A stretch of DNA of 64,000 nt from Rebecca billardiae RCC1528 (GCA_965240325.2 OZ251231.1:806001-870000); one strand, 5' to 3'; numbered from the stretch's first letter, positions 43,198 through 56,611 are shown. A program made the numbers and translations. Notes: generated by a model from the sequence alone, not told the origin.

Positions 43198-46100
43198 ATG
43201 CCGTGGGATGACGACCGCGTGCTCCAGTGGCGCGAGGAGAGCGCGCGGCCCAGTAAGACGCACGGCCGGGCGCACAGCATCCTCCGCGACTTCCGGCTGC
43301 AGCTCTGGTCGCTCGCGCTGAAGAACAGGATCCTCTTCACGCAGTCCAGGGCCATCTTGATCACGCTGCTGGTGATGCCCGTGGGGTGCATGGTGCTGCT
43401 CGGGCTGGTGGACTGGAACTACAACCAGCCGCCTGGGATCGTCACGCCGGAAGGGCCGTTCTACACCCTCTCCTCCTCGCCCACGGCGGGCACGCGCGAC
43501 GTGGGCTGCCGCGTGTTTGCGACCGGCGCGGGCACGGTCATCTCGGGCGCGTGGTGCGCGCCGATGGTGTTCTCACCCACGCTGAACGGCGCCGTGGTGT
43601 CGCTGATGGAGGACGTTGCCGAGCGCAAGGGCTGGGGCGTGCGCACGATGTCCTCGGAGCAGGCGAACAGCACGGCGATGCCGGCCGAGTGCGCGCTGCC
43701 GCGCTGCGTTCTCGGCTTCGAGTCGTCGGACGACCTCGGCACGTGGCTGTCGCAGAACCGCGGGCGCGCGGGCACGGCGATCGTGTTCGTCGAGTACGCC
43801 TCCTCCCTCAACGGCACGCTCGTCGACCTGCCGGACGACGAGCTCCCGCAGAAGCTCGCGTTCGAGGTGTGGTACAACGAGACCGCGCTCGACTTCTACG
43901 CCAAGAATGGCGACGACAAGCTGGCGGCCGGGCTGAACGAGTCGTCGGGGTACCTGATGGGCGCGCAGCACGTGGTGGAGGAGGCGGTGCTCGCGCGCCG
44001 GCTCGGCCGCTCCGAGCTGCGCACGCGCGTCAACTTCCGCCAGTACCCGTACGTCGAGCGCAAGGAGTTCACCGACGGCGTGCGGCTGTTTGGCGGCCCG
44101 TTCTTCTTCATGCCGCTCGGGCTGCCGATGCTGCTGATCGTGAACCAGGTGGTGGGCGAGAAGGAGCTGGGCAGCCTGGCGGTGATGCGCCAGCTCGGGC
44201 TGTACGAGGGCGCGTGGTGGCTCTCCTTCGCGGTGCAGCAGGCCGTGCTCATCGGCGTGATCGCCGTGATCATGATCACGGTCGGGATCACGGTGCGGCT
44301 CCCCTTCTTTGTGATGACCGACTTTGCCGTCCTCTTCCCCGCGCTCTGGCTGTACGGGATGGCGCTCTCGTCGGTGGCGATCAGCATGACCGTGTGCTTC
44401 TCGCGCACGCGCTCGGCCAACGTGTGGGCCGGCGTCGTCTTCGGCTTCCTCATGGTCACCTCGCTGCAGATGGGGCTGCTGTACGCTGGCTCGTTTGCGG
44501 CGCAGGACGTGGTCAATCTGATGCACGACCCGACCGTCGTGCGCGCGCCCGAGGTGAACGGGCTGGCGCAGGTGGTGTACCCGCCGTACGCGTTCTTCAA
44601 GATCGCGTACGACATCACCGAGCTCACGCGGCGCTCGCCCGACATCGACCCGCAGACCAACCTCACCATCTTCGTCATGCAGGACACGTACGAGCACGGA
44701 GACCTGTACCGCGGCAACTACACGGGCGAGATTCAGATGCTGTTCGGCGCGGACGGCGACACGTTCACGCTGCCGCCGACGAGCGAGTCGTTCGAGTGGC
44801 TCGGCGTGTCGATCATCGCGTCGCTCGTCGCGACGTGGTACCTCTCGCAGGTCACCACCTCGGCGTACGGCCAGGGCCGCCCGCCGTGGTTCTTCCTGCT
44901 GCACTCGTACTGGTGGCAGAGCGAGAGCGTGCGCGGCAACGAGCAGCTGCTCGCGCGCTACCGCGCGCACGCGCACCCGCGCGACCTCGAGCACCTGGAC
45001 GTGGACGTCGCCGCGGAGGCGTACGCCGTGCTCGGCGGGAACCTCTCGGAGGAGCGGCGCGTCGCGCTGTACGACGTGCAGCGCCGCTTCGGCAAGAGCC
45101 ACGCGGTGCGCGGCCTCTCCTTCTCGATGCAGGAGGATGAGATCTTTGCGCTGCTCGGGCACAACGGCGCGGGCAAGTCCACAACCATCAACGTGATCAC
45201 GGGCCACTACAAGCCGTCGGCGGGGGACACGCTGGTGTACGGCGCGTCGGTGCAGAACGACACGCAGGTCGTGCGCAAGATGGTCGGGCTGTGCCCGCAG
45301 CACGACGTGCTGTACGACACGCTGAGCGCGCGCGAGCACCTGCGGCTGATCGGGCGGTTCAAGGGCGTCTCGCGGCGCATCCTGCTCAAGCAGGTGCCCG
45401 CGGCGCTCAAGGCGGTGCGGCTGAGCGGCGTCGCGGACAAGGCGCCGGGCACGTTCTCCGGCGGGATGAAGCGCCGGCTCTCCGTCGCGATGGCGTACAT
45501 CGGCGAGCCGCGCCTCGTCGTGCTCGACGAGCCCACCACCGGCATGGACCCGTACAACCGCAAGTTTGTGTGGGACTTGATCTCACACTCGCGCGAGGAG
45601 CGCACGACGCTGCTCACGACGCACTCGATGGAGGAGGCCGAGGCGCTGGGGAACACGATCGGGATCATGTCGCACGGCCAGCTCACCGCGCTCGGCTCGA
45701 ACGTCCACCTGAAGATGCGCTTCGGCGCCGGGTACACGCTGCGCCTCGTCGCCGGCTCGGAGCCGCAGCTGCGCACGCTGCAGGCGCAGGTGCGCGGGCT
45801 CATGCCGACCGCGGAGCTGCTCGACGACTCGGCGGGCAGCTGCACGTACGCGATCGCCGAGAGCGAGATGGGCCACGCCACGCCGCTGCTCAAGTACATC
45901 GAGGAGCTGCAGGTCGCGCAGGGCGACGGGAGCCGCGCGCCCGTCGGCGACGAGGTGCAGCTCACCGACTGGCTGCTCACGCACACCACGCTCGAGGAGG
46001 TGTTCATACGGCTGGCGCAGAGCGCGCGCACAGAGCGCGCGCCGGGCGAGGCTGAGAGCGACGCCGACGAGGACGTGTCCGTCTACGGGCGCGGCGGCGG

Positions 46101-49100
46101 CGGCGGCGGCGGGAGCGGCGCGGGCGCGCCCGCCGCCGCGCCCGCCGCCGACGCGTCCAGCCGCTCGCCGTCGGACGTGTCGAGCTCGCTGGCCAAGGGC
46201 GCGGCGCGCATCGTGCCGCGCATGCTGTCCAAAGGCGTACTGACGGCCAGCTCGGCGAGCGCGCCCGCGGCCGAGACGCCGTCGAAGCCGCCGGGCGGGC
46301 TGAGCCACCCGCCGCTGCGCGCGCGGCTCTTCGGCACCGCCGTCAGGGCGCTCGGCGGCCGCGGCTCGCCCGCCTCGCCGCCCGCCGACGGGCCCTCGCC
46401 GGCCGAGGCCGCCGAGCAGCGGCGGCTCGGCGCGCGCGGCGCGTTCCGCCGCCTCTCCCGCTCGATGAAGCTCGCGTCTCACTTCACCTTTGTGGAGCGG
46501 CGGCGGCGGTCGCGCCCGCTGATGGCGGCGGTGTGGAAGAACATCGCGATCTACCGGCGGCAGACCTCGCTCAAGCAGATGTCCAACCTGTGCGTGCCGC
46601 TGCTGCTGCTCAGCGGGCTCGTGATCTCCCAGGTGCTGCTGATCGACATTGCGGAGATGGAGCTCACGCGCGAGGCCGACTTCATGACGGCGCACATCGC
46701 CGAGGCGTGCGAGAACGTGACGCGGCTGTTCGACGAGGCGTGCGAGGAGCGCATCTCGCTGCGCCGCGGCACCGACCTCGCGGAGGACTGCCGCTTCTGC
46801 GCGCAGGAGGAGTTTGCGGACTACCAGATCTGCTGCGAGCTCGAGCGCTCGTGGATCGACAGCTGCCACCCCAACCAGTGTGTGGGCACGGCCGAGGGCG
46901 CGCGCACGGCCGCGCCGCCCGACTTCAGCCTGTGCGAGAGCGCGCCGAACGCGTCGAGCCTGTGCGTGTGCCGCGACGACGAGGGCGAGCGCTCCGCCGC
47001 GCTGCAGCAGCGCCTCGACGAGACGCCGATGTGCAAGGCGTACAACGAGCGCATCCGCGGCCGGCTCGCGTCTGCGTCCATTGTTTGGATGCCGACCGAC
47101 GACGACATGTCCGCGTTCGAGGGCGTGGACACGTGGCTCGGCTGGCGCGTGCCCGTGTTCGCGCCCTCGCGCGCCGGCTTCGGCCGGCTCGAGACGGACC
47201 AGCGCGGCGGCACCTACCTGCGCCGGCTGCAGCGCGCGCCGTGGGGCAGCGGCACCGTCTTCGAGGGCTCGACGCCCGCGGCGCTCGCGCGCGCGGCCGA
47301 CGGGCTGACGGAGGGCCAATACAACGTGACGCGCGACCTGCGCAACAAGATGGCGGGCGAGGGGCTGGCCCGCTTCTTCCCCGCGACGTTCGCGCGCACG
47401 CGCTTCGGCTCGGCCGACGGGCAGCCCTCCGCCGAGTGCGTCGTCGCCTCGTCCACCGTGCGCTGCTGCTTCGAGGCGGAGCTCTCGAACCTTGGCGCGC
47501 CAAACGCTGAGGGCACGGTCGAGATCTGCGGCGACCTGGGCGCGCTGGGCGAGGACTGCCCCGGCCGGTTCGAGGACGACCCGCGCGAGTTCGCGCGCGC
47601 GCACTTCGGCTGGAACGACGACGTGATCGACGAGCAGGGCGTGGGCTTCGTCAGCCCGCCCTCCGGCCACTACTACCTCGCCGAGGGCAAGCTCGCGGAC
47701 GTGAAGGGCCGGCCGACGCAGTGCACCAAGGCGTGGTCGGCCGAGTGGGAGACGCCGCTGTGCATGGCGGTGCGCGCGCGCGGGGGCGAGAACGCGACGA
47801 GCGCGACGTGCGCCGAGATCCGCGCCGACTTCGACACGTGGTTCCCCCTCGTCGAGCCGGGCAAAGCGCGCGAGCCGGTCACGGGCGACGACTTCAGCTG
47901 GACGGCGGAGGAGTGGCGCTTCGAGCGCTCGTGGCGGTGCTCTGGGCTGGACGACGGCTCCCCCGGCATCGACGGCCTCGACGTCTCGTGCGTGGCGTAC
48001 GAGGCGTTCCTCGTGCCCGCGTACACGCCGCTCGCGTGGCGCACGCAGGACGAGCTCAACGCGCACGTGCTGCGCCAGCAGGCGTCGATCCAGTCCGCCG
48101 AGTACGTGACGCGCGACGACGTGCCTCTTGACGTCGACTACAGCACCGAGCTCAACATCGCCGAGCACCTCTTCCCGTCGTGGGCGGTCGACCTGGTCGA
48201 GCTCGACCTGCGGCGCGGCGTGCTCGAGTGGACGCTCACCTCGTTCTTCCGGCTGCACCCCAACGACCCCTTCGCCGAGTACTTCTACGTCAGCGAGCCG
48301 CTGGGGGAGGACCTGACCGGCCAGCCCGCCGAGGGCCCGCGGCGCGAGAGCCTCGCCAAGCCGTTCAAGCTGCAGGGGCAGCTGCAGCTCGAGCGGCTGA
48401 TGCCGTCGGTGCTGCACAACGCGTTCACCAACGCGCTGGTGAAGGAGGAGCTTGGCCCGCGGTACTCGGTCAGGGTCGGCTTCCGCCCGATGCCCGAGGC
48501 GAAGGAGCGCGTGCCCGCGTGGCGCTTCGACATCCTTGCGTACGTGACGGCGGGCGCGATGCCGATCGTGTGCACGATGCTGCTGCCGTCCATCACGTTC
48601 ACGATCGTGCAGGAGAAGCAGTTCAAGCTGCGCTCGCTGATGAACATGATGGGGCTCTCGGAGATGAACTACTGGCTCGTCGAGTGGGTCTTCGCCTCGC
48701 TCGTCTCGCACTTTGTGCGTGCGCCGCGCGCGCCGCGCGCGCCGCGCGGGCGAGTGGCCTGCCGCGCGGCTAAGCTCGCGCGCCGCACGCGCGCCGCCGT
48801 GCCCCCTCGCGCCCTCGGCCTCGGCCGCCCTCCCGCGGCGCAGTCCATGGCGTTCTTCTGGGCGTGCGGGTACGCGTTCGGCGCGCGCTACTTCACGCGC
48901 TCGCTCGTCGCTCTCTTCCTCGCGCTGCAGGTGTGGGCGCAGCTGCAGGTGTCGCTCGCCTTCCTCGCGTCGTGCGCCTTCCAGCGCGTGCGCCCCGCCT
49001 CCGTGATCGTCAACCTCGTCCTGTTCTCGAGCGTGACGGCGGGCGTGACCGTGTGGGTGCTGAGCCAGGAGGACCCGACGAACGTGCGCTGGCGCACCGA

Positions 49101-51010
49101 GTACGACTTCTGGCCATTCTTCGCCTTCTTCCACGTGCTCTGGCTCGCGACGGAGTCGTCGATTGCCGTGCCGTCGCTGCTCGACCTCGAGTCCGAGGTG
49201 GGCCGGGCGTTCATGTTCCTGCTCTTCCACCTGCTCTGGACGTACCCGCTCGCGTTCTACCTCGACGCGATCCTGCCGCGCGAGTTCGGGCTGCCCGCGC
49301 ACCCGCTCTTCTGCTTCGTGCGCACGGGCGCGAGCAGGCGCCGCGCGGCCAAGCGCGAGCCGCGCGAGGCGCTCACGCGCGAGCACGTGCCGCCAAACGT
49401 GCGCGACGCGCGACGCACGACACGCGACGCGCGACGCGCGGCGCGGCGCGGCGCGGGCCGCGCGACCCGGGCCGCGCGGCGCGCGCGGCAGGCCGGCGGC
49501 GCACGCCGCTCATCGCTCGCCCGACCTGCCCGCGGCACGCGGCACGCGGTGCGCGGTGCGCGGTGCGGCGCCGCTGCGCGCGCAGGAGGACCCCGGCGTG
49601 GCCGCCGAGCGCAACGCGATGCACACGCGCTCGCACGACGCGTCCGCACCCGTGCAGGTGTTCAGCCTTCGCAAGACGTTTGGCCAAAAGGTGGGGCAGA
49701 AGGTGGCAATCAACAACCTGAGCTTCAAGATCGACAGGGGTGAGTGCTTCGGGCTGCTCGGCACGAACGGCGCGGGCAAGTCGACCACGATCTCCGTGCT
49801 CACCGGCCTCTTCCACCCGACCTCGGGCACGGCGACGATCGCCGGGTACGACATCCTTACCCACATGAGTAAGATCTACACGGCGATGGGCGTGTGCCCG
49901 CAGTTTGACATCCTGTGGCCCGAGCTCACGGCGCGCGCGCGCGCGCGCGCGCGCGCGCCGCCGGCCGGCACGCGTGGCAGCGCGCGCGCACCGCCCGCCC
50001 GCACGGCGCCCGCTCGGCCGCCGACCTCCCCCTCGCCCCCGCTGCGCCTCGGCCGCGCTGCGTGCGCGACCGCCCCGCCCTCCCGCCTCGCGCAGGTGCT
50101 GGAGCACATTCTCTTCTACTCGAGGCTCAAGGGCGTGCCGCGGCGCGAGGAGAGCACGTCAGCGCGCCGCACCGCCGAGTCTGTGGGGCTGGGGGCGAAG
50201 CTGCGCTCGCGCATCCACACGCTGTCGGGCGGGCAGAAGCGGCGCGTGAGCCTCGCAATGGCACTGATCGGCAAGCCCGCCGTCGTCTTCCTCGACGAGC
50301 CCACCACCGGCCTCGACCCCGAGACGAAGCGGCTGATGTGGCAGCTGATCGAGGACTCCAAGGCGAACCGCGTGATCGTGCTCACCACGCACTCGATGGA
50401 CGAGGCGGACGGTGCGCGCGGAGGCGCGCGCGCTTTCGCTCGAGGCGCGTGCGCGGAGGCGCCCGCTCAGCGCCCACCTCTCCCCCGCCCCGCGCGCGCA
50501 CCGAGCGCAGCGCTGTGCAGCCGCATCGGCATCATGGCGTACGGCGAGCTGCGCGCGCTCGGCACCAACATCCATCTCAAGAACACGTTTGGCGACGGGT
50601 ACAAGATTGACGTGACGCTGATGCCGAGCCAGGAGGAGCGCGTGCACGGCTTCATTCTCTCGATCATCCCGACCGCCGAGCTGCTCAACGTCTTCGTCGG
50701 CAGCCGCACGTACAAGGTGCGCAGGCGAGACGTCTCGCTCGCGAGCGTGTTCCAGCGCATGGAGCGGCGGCCGGCCAACCTCGGGCTGATTGACTGGGGG
50801 CTGCGGCAGACGACGCTCGAGGAGGTCTTCCTCAAGATCGCGCACGAGGCGGAGGCCGCCGCCTCCGCGGTCGAGCCGCCACGGCCCCCCGGCGCGCTCT
50901 CGCGGAGGAAAGCGTACTACGCCTCCGCCATCAGCATGCTGTCCCTGCGCAACGCGAGGGGGGAGGCCGAGGCCGAGAGCGAGCGCGCCGGCAACCGACA
51001 GCGCGTATGA
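43198..51010 (+). CDS. Full-length ABCA-subfamily transporter (introns 48715-48843, 49399-49585, 49931-50095, 50412-50510)
   Basis: Two TMD-NBD halves with LLGHNGAGKST, FSGGMKRRLS and LDEPTTG in the first, and LLGTNGAGKST, LSGGQKRRVS and TTHSMDEA in the second. Splicing restores HF|SMAF, PPN|EDPGV, ELT|VLEH and EADA|LCSRI. Confidence 0.95.
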
Positions 51011-51361
51011 CCGCGGCCGCGCGCGCTCCGTGGCCGTGCGGTCTCGCATGGCGAATGACTAGGTACCGCCGCGTGGCGCGCGCTTGACGATGATGACGGC
51101 GACGACGACGTCGTCAGGGCGGATGGCGTGTACTCCCATCGATCGATGTCAGTGGCAGGCACGTCATACCGCCTGTGGTAGTCCGGGTTACTATGGTAGT
51201 AGTAGTATCATACTACGTGTCCCATAGTAGTACATACATGCATGTACGCCCATACCGGAGTACGACTACGGACAGGCTGTATACAGTTCGCACGCTCTCC
51301 GAAGAGAGACCTGGAAACTGGTTCTGATCTACTACGCGCACTACTGTCAATCACGCCTTAA

Positions 51362-52888
51362 GGTGGCACGGCAGGAAAACCGCGGGACTGCGACGTAACA
51401 GCCATGGCTGCCGCTTGCGCACGCCGATTCGAGGCTCGTGCGCGCCGAGCGCGTACAGCACGGTCCGGAGCGCATGCCGGGTGGTCAAAGCACGTGCGCC
51501 GGCCTCCTGGCTCGCCTACTGATGAGCTCGTCGCGTCTCTCGTCACGCTCCAGCCGTGGACCAGCATGCACACGTGCGGGTCAGCTGGCGAGCTGCAGAC
51601 GCGGTGGATGCGCTGCATGGTATGTGCGCCACTGGCCGCCCAGATGGTCAGGGCGTACGGGTGCGGACGTGTACACGTGCGTCCAGTCGTTTGAACCGTG
51701 CGCCGAGGCCGTTTTGGAGGTGTGCACCTACTCGCGGATGTCGGCGGCACCCCGTGGGCAGCCCGTGGGGCCAGAGAAGCCGCGACGGGCAGCATTCGGG
51801 CGAGGTGTGCATGGCCCCATGGCGGCAGAGAACGCCCTGTGCGTACGCTACGGGCTACGCCGAGGTCAGCGATATGGACTTGGCCTGTGTATGGGCCTTG
51901 AACAGTCTGCTTGGGGCCCTACGGAAGTCACCGCGCGTGCGCAGCGTCCCCGGTGCCCAATAGTAGGCTATACGCGGCATGCCAAAACTCGAAATCTTTT
52001 ATAGAACTTCAACCGGGACCCTAGCTACTCTCGATCCCTTCCCATAAGCTGTGTTCAGCCAGCTCGGCATGCGAATCGGGTTGCACGTTTTGAAATTAAC
52101 ACGAAAATGGTCCAAAATCGGCGATTTTGGACCATTTTCGTGTTAATTTCAAAACGTGCAACCCGATTCGCATGCCGAGCTGGCTAAGCACAGCTTATGG
52201 GAAGAGCTCGAGGGTAGATAGGGTCACAGTTGAAGTTCTATAAAAGATTTCGAGTTTTGGCATGCCGCGTATAGCCTACTATTGGGCACCGGGGACGCTG
52301 CGCACGCGCGGTGACTTCCGTAGGGCCCCAAGCAGACTGTTCAAGGCCCATACACAGGCCAAGTCCATATCGCTGACCTCGGCGTAGCCCGTAGCGTACG
52401 CACAGGGCGTTCTCTGCCGCCATGGGGCCATGCACACCTCGCCCGAATGCTGCCCGTCGCGGCTTCTCTGGCCCCACGGGCTGCCCACGGGGTGCCGCCG
52501 ACATCCGCGAGTAGGTGCACACCTCCAAAACGGCCTCGGCGCACGGTTCAAACGACTGGACGCACGTGTACACGTCCACTCCCGTACGCCCTGACCATCT
52601 GGGCGGCCAGTGGCGCACATACCATGCAGCGCATCCACCGCGTCTGCAGCTCGCCAGCTGACCCGCACGTGTGCACGCTGGTCCACGGCTGGAGCGTGAG
52701 GAGAGACGCGACGAGCTCATCGGGGGGCGGGTCAGGAGGCCGGCGCACGTGCTTTGACCACCCGGCATGCGCTCCGGACCGTGCCGTACGCGCTCGGCGT
52801 GCACGAGCCTCGAATCGGCGCGCGCAAGCGGCAGCCATGGCTGTTACGTCGCGTCCCGCCGGTCCGGGCGATTTCCTGCCGTGCCACC
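51362..52888. mobile_element. 1527-bp palindromic Kolobok-like element, copy 2
   Basis: TTAA TSDs at 51358-51361 and 52889-52892. Near-identical to 4344-5870, centred on 52121. Confidence 0.85.
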
Positions 52889-53023
52889 TTAACCAAGCAG
52901 TGTGCACGTTAAATTGTCGTCGCGACTCTGACGACTTGCGACTAATTCTATGATTTAAAGACACAGTCTTGCTGACGAGTGACGACGCATTCAATTCGTC
53001 TGGCTGAAATTTCGGGGCGCGCG

Positions 53024-54187
53024 ATGGCGGTCGTTGCAGCAGCGATCTGGTGTGGGTTGGGGGCGGTGCCTGTGCGGCCTGCAGCCCACGTTAGCGCGTC
53101 ACGGATCGCCCACGACCTGCAGCATCAGGGCTATTCGTGCATCGAGCGCGCCGTCAGCCGCTCTGTCGTCTCGGCTGCGCGCAGCGAGTGGGAACGCATC
53201 CTTGCCGACGAGCCCACGCTGATACAATTGTGTGACTACGCAAGCACGGGAGGCATTCGCGGCGCGACCCACGGCGGGAAGGGCACACGCCTCGAGGCTG
53301 CGCTGCCGTACTCGCCCCACTTCGCCGCGCTGGCACTGCTCGACGGCCCGATTCGTGACGGGGTCGAGTCGGCGATGGGTGAAGCAGCATTTGTCGACAT
53401 GGCAGTCGTGATCGAGTCACGCGAGGGGTCGGATGACCAACGATTCCACACGGACTTGCACCTCGAAGGCACTCCGTACGAGGCCGGCGCACAGGGCTCG
53501 CCTCTGGGAGCGGGCGTGGTCGTTGCCGTGCCCCTCGTCGACATCCAAGAGACCAACGGGCCGTTTGAGTGCCTGCCAGCCACGCACACCTGGCCAAAGG
53601 AGCGGATCGGCGCCCTCTTCAACGGGGCGGATCCGGCGTATGCCCCTGCTGGAGCCGAGAGCGTCGTATTCGCACCTCTGAGCGCGGGGTCGGCCATCGT
53701 ATACGCCCGCAACCTTCTGCACCGCGGGCGCGCCAACCGATGCAGCGCGCCCCGACCGACTGCTTTCTTCTCGCTCGTCCCCCGGCGGCTCTTGGATGCA
53801 GCTGTGGGCGATCTGGAGCAGGACTATCTCGGCACGTTCCCGAGGCTTGCGCGTAGGCACGCAGCTCGATGGCTGGTTTCCTCGTCCCGGGGGGGGCTCG
53901 CCTTCGATCCGCGCGCGTGCTCTGCCGTCCGACGCCGCTTCTGGCGCAGGCTTGCCGAGCGCCACCAGTCCAGTGAGCTCAAGCCCGAGACACTCCGCGA
54001 GACGTACGAGAAGCTTCGACGCCTGTCGAGAGTGTCCGATCGACAGCTCGTCCTCGGAGCTGGCATGAGTGGCAATCATGGGGATGCCATGACGAGACCG
54101 CCAGGCGATGCTGATGTGCTAGACGGCGCCATGGCATGCCGTGAACGAGGAGACGACCACTCCGCCATGTTCCACGTCTTCGTTTGA
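53024..54187 (+). CDS. Phytanoyl-CoA dioxygenase (PhyH)-family Fe(II)/2OG oxygenase
   Basis: QRFHTD (HxD), VPLVDI..TNGPFECLPATH, AGSAIVY and LHRGRAN...PRP. The N-terminus is hydrophobic. Confidence 0.85.
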   Translation: MAVVAAAIWCGLGAVPVRPAAHVSASRIAHDLQHQGYSCIERAVSRSVVSAARSEWERILADEPTLIQLCDYASTGGIRGATHGGKGTRLEAALPYSPHFAALALLDGPIRDGVESAMGEAAFVDMAVVIESREGSDDQRFHTDLHLEGTPYEAGAQGSPLGAGVVVAVPLVDIQETNGPFECLPATHTWPKERIGALFNGADPAYAPAGAESVVFAPLSAGSAIVYARNLLHRGRANRCSAPRPTAFFSLVPRRLLDAAVGDLEQDYLGTFPRLARRHAARWLVSSSRGGLAFDPRACSAVRRRFWRRLAERHQSSELKPETLRETYEKLRRLSRVSDRQLVLGAGMSGNHGDAMTRPPGDADVLDGAMACRERGDDHSAMFHVFV

Positions 54188-54440
54188 TTATTGATCGACC
54201 GTGGCCGTGCTGTGCCGGGCACACCGGCCACCCCGCACCCGTGGCGGTGACCGGCCTGACCGGGTCCGGGTGACCGGCCTGACGAGTGACGGCTGACCGG
54301 GCGCGCCGTGCGCCGTCAGGTGTCACCCCGCGGTATAGTGACTAGTGACTCGTGCCGAGCGGACGACGTCGGACACGTCCGGGTCACGGGTGACTCAGCG
54401 ACGGAGCCGACCGGCGGACACGGGTGACGGGACAACGCAG

Positions 54441-56391
54441 TAGGTGGGTCCCTCCCAACTGGGGCGATATTCTGGCGCACTCAGAATGACGTCCTAGATT
54501 TTGTCTCTCACCCAGAATCGACGCTATAAATGCGTCCCATCGGGGCGGAGCAAAAGTTTCGACCTCAAAACCTACTCCGCGTGCCGTCGCGCGGCCGAGC
54601 GCGCGCGCGCCGCGCCAGTAGTGTCACATAGAGATTTTGCGAAGCGTTACTTCATGGTTATGGTGGCTAGATGGCGACATGCGATCGGAATTACTTATTG
54701 ACAACCGTGGACACCCGACCGAAGCATTTTATGAAGCAAAGAGTGGGGCTCTATGCTGTGCGCTGATACCTCCAACAAACTACAGCAAGATCGAGCATAT
54801 TACCCACTTCATATATAGTCACTTACCCGTATATAGTATGAGTGTTACCCACTTTATATTGACCGTGGATGCGGTTCACTATGTATTCAAATTCGTTCCG
54901 ATATGTGGGTACGTTTGTTGGGTCATCGAATAGGCGCCGAGCGACGCGGACACAGGCAACCCGGGCCGCAACCGGACTGCCTGCGAGTGGCAGTGTTTGT
55001 GGCGGGCTGCGTGCCGAGGCACACACCATCGCCCGCCACCGAGCATGCCACCGTCGTCACACGGGAGCCCTCCGCCGTCGAGGCTGGACTATCAGCCAAC
55101 GCCACCGCCGGAGCTTGCCGCGTTCGGCGGCTTCCGTGCTCGTACTCCGCGTGTCACCGGTCGTCGTATGCCCACCCGCGTGAGGCCGCCACCAGTCCAT
55201 GACTACCGCAGCTGCAGCCCATGCCGCCGACGATGCCTCCTACCATCTTCTCGCCAGGCAGCAATACGATAGGTTCACCGACGCTGCTGCTAGGCTGAGA
55301 GCACTCAGCCAGTTGGCCGGCGAGACGTCAGATGGTTGAGCTGCTGGCCTAGCCATCACGTTGCGGCTTCCGCTCGCTCAAGTACACCCAACGTGACGAC
55401 GAGAACGTGCCGGGCAATCATCAGACATGCGTCTGAGGGGTCTACTACGCCTAGCCGTAGAGTTGCTGAGTACGAGTCTTCGCAGACCACAAGCGGAACG
55501 AGTGGGACCACCCAATGGCAGGAGCAACAGCGTGGGGTGGCACCCGCGCCTGTCAACGCGACCGCGTTCTGTCAAGAATGGACCCATATCCTGCGACCAC
55601 CCTCGAGCACCGCATACTATGCCCACACTCGGCATAGGGAAGGATCGCTGAGCGCCTGCTGCCGCTGTCAAAGGCCCTGCTGATCTTCCTGGCGCTGGAT
55701 CGTGCACACGGATGGCAAGTCGGCGTGCTCGCCGCACATCGCGGCGGCTTCTCAGCATCCCAAGTCCTCAGTGCACCCATCCTAGGCCTGCTGGTCGATG
55801 ATTGGTACCAACCCCCACCAAACACGCCCTCTCGGAAGTCGCCAATCGCTCACATGGCTCCCCGAGAGCCCGGGGCTGGCTGTCGTGCGTTCTCACGAGC
55901 AGCTTGCGCACAGCCCAAATGTCACCTTCACGGTGCGTTGAGCTGCTCAAGATGGCGGGAGCGTCAAGAGCATGCCCGTGCACGACACTGGCCCATGCCT
56001 CCCGTCGCCTGACCCGCATGTGGCAAAAACTGGCCCTGCTCGAAGGCACGGGTCGAACACCCGCCGATCGATTCAAGTTGTCTGTACGCGTCTAGCCGGG
56101 CGAGAGTCAAACATGCGGGCACGTGCCAGGCGGGGGATGTGTGACCACGGATCCCATCCGTGAGCACGCGCAAAGCGCTGGAGCGCGCGATAGGTGTTGG
56201 CTGTGGTCTACCCGACACACGGCGGCTCGGTCGCGCTGGAGAGGCGCTCCGACATCGTCGGGAGCGTTCAGATCGGACCTCGGCCGGCGGCCCGGCGATT
56301 TTCCCGAGCCGCGCCCCGCGCGAAAGAAATCAGGCCAGAAAACCCGGTAAATGTTTAAAAGACCGCTGGAAAATCGCCAGGGACCCACCTA
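54441..56391. mobile_element. 1951-bp non-autonomous TIR element, hAT-like
   Basis: 13-bp TIR TAGGTGGGTCCCT / AGGGACCCACCTA flanked by the direct repeat AACGCAG (54434-54440 and 56392-56398). Confidence 0.8.
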
Positions 56392-56611
56392 AACGCAGAA
56401 CGCTGAACGCATCGGCTACTTACGCATCATGCTATGTAGTGCAGTCGATCACTAGACCTAGCTAGTCACTAGACACTATACACTGGATTGGCATCGTCAT
56501 CAGAGTTAGCAGACCTGAGACCAGACTGGTCCGCGTCGCATGCAGTCGAACTACTGTCATAGTCGAAGCCTGCTCTGTGACGTGAGCGTGCCGTCGGACA
56601 TGGAGTCGTCA

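Noticed and set aside
38999-49386. Long antisense and alternate-frame ORFs (1330, 1267, 1030, 682 aa and others)
   Set aside because: Shadow ORFs caused by extreme GC3 bias opposite or overlapping the ferlin and ABCA genes.
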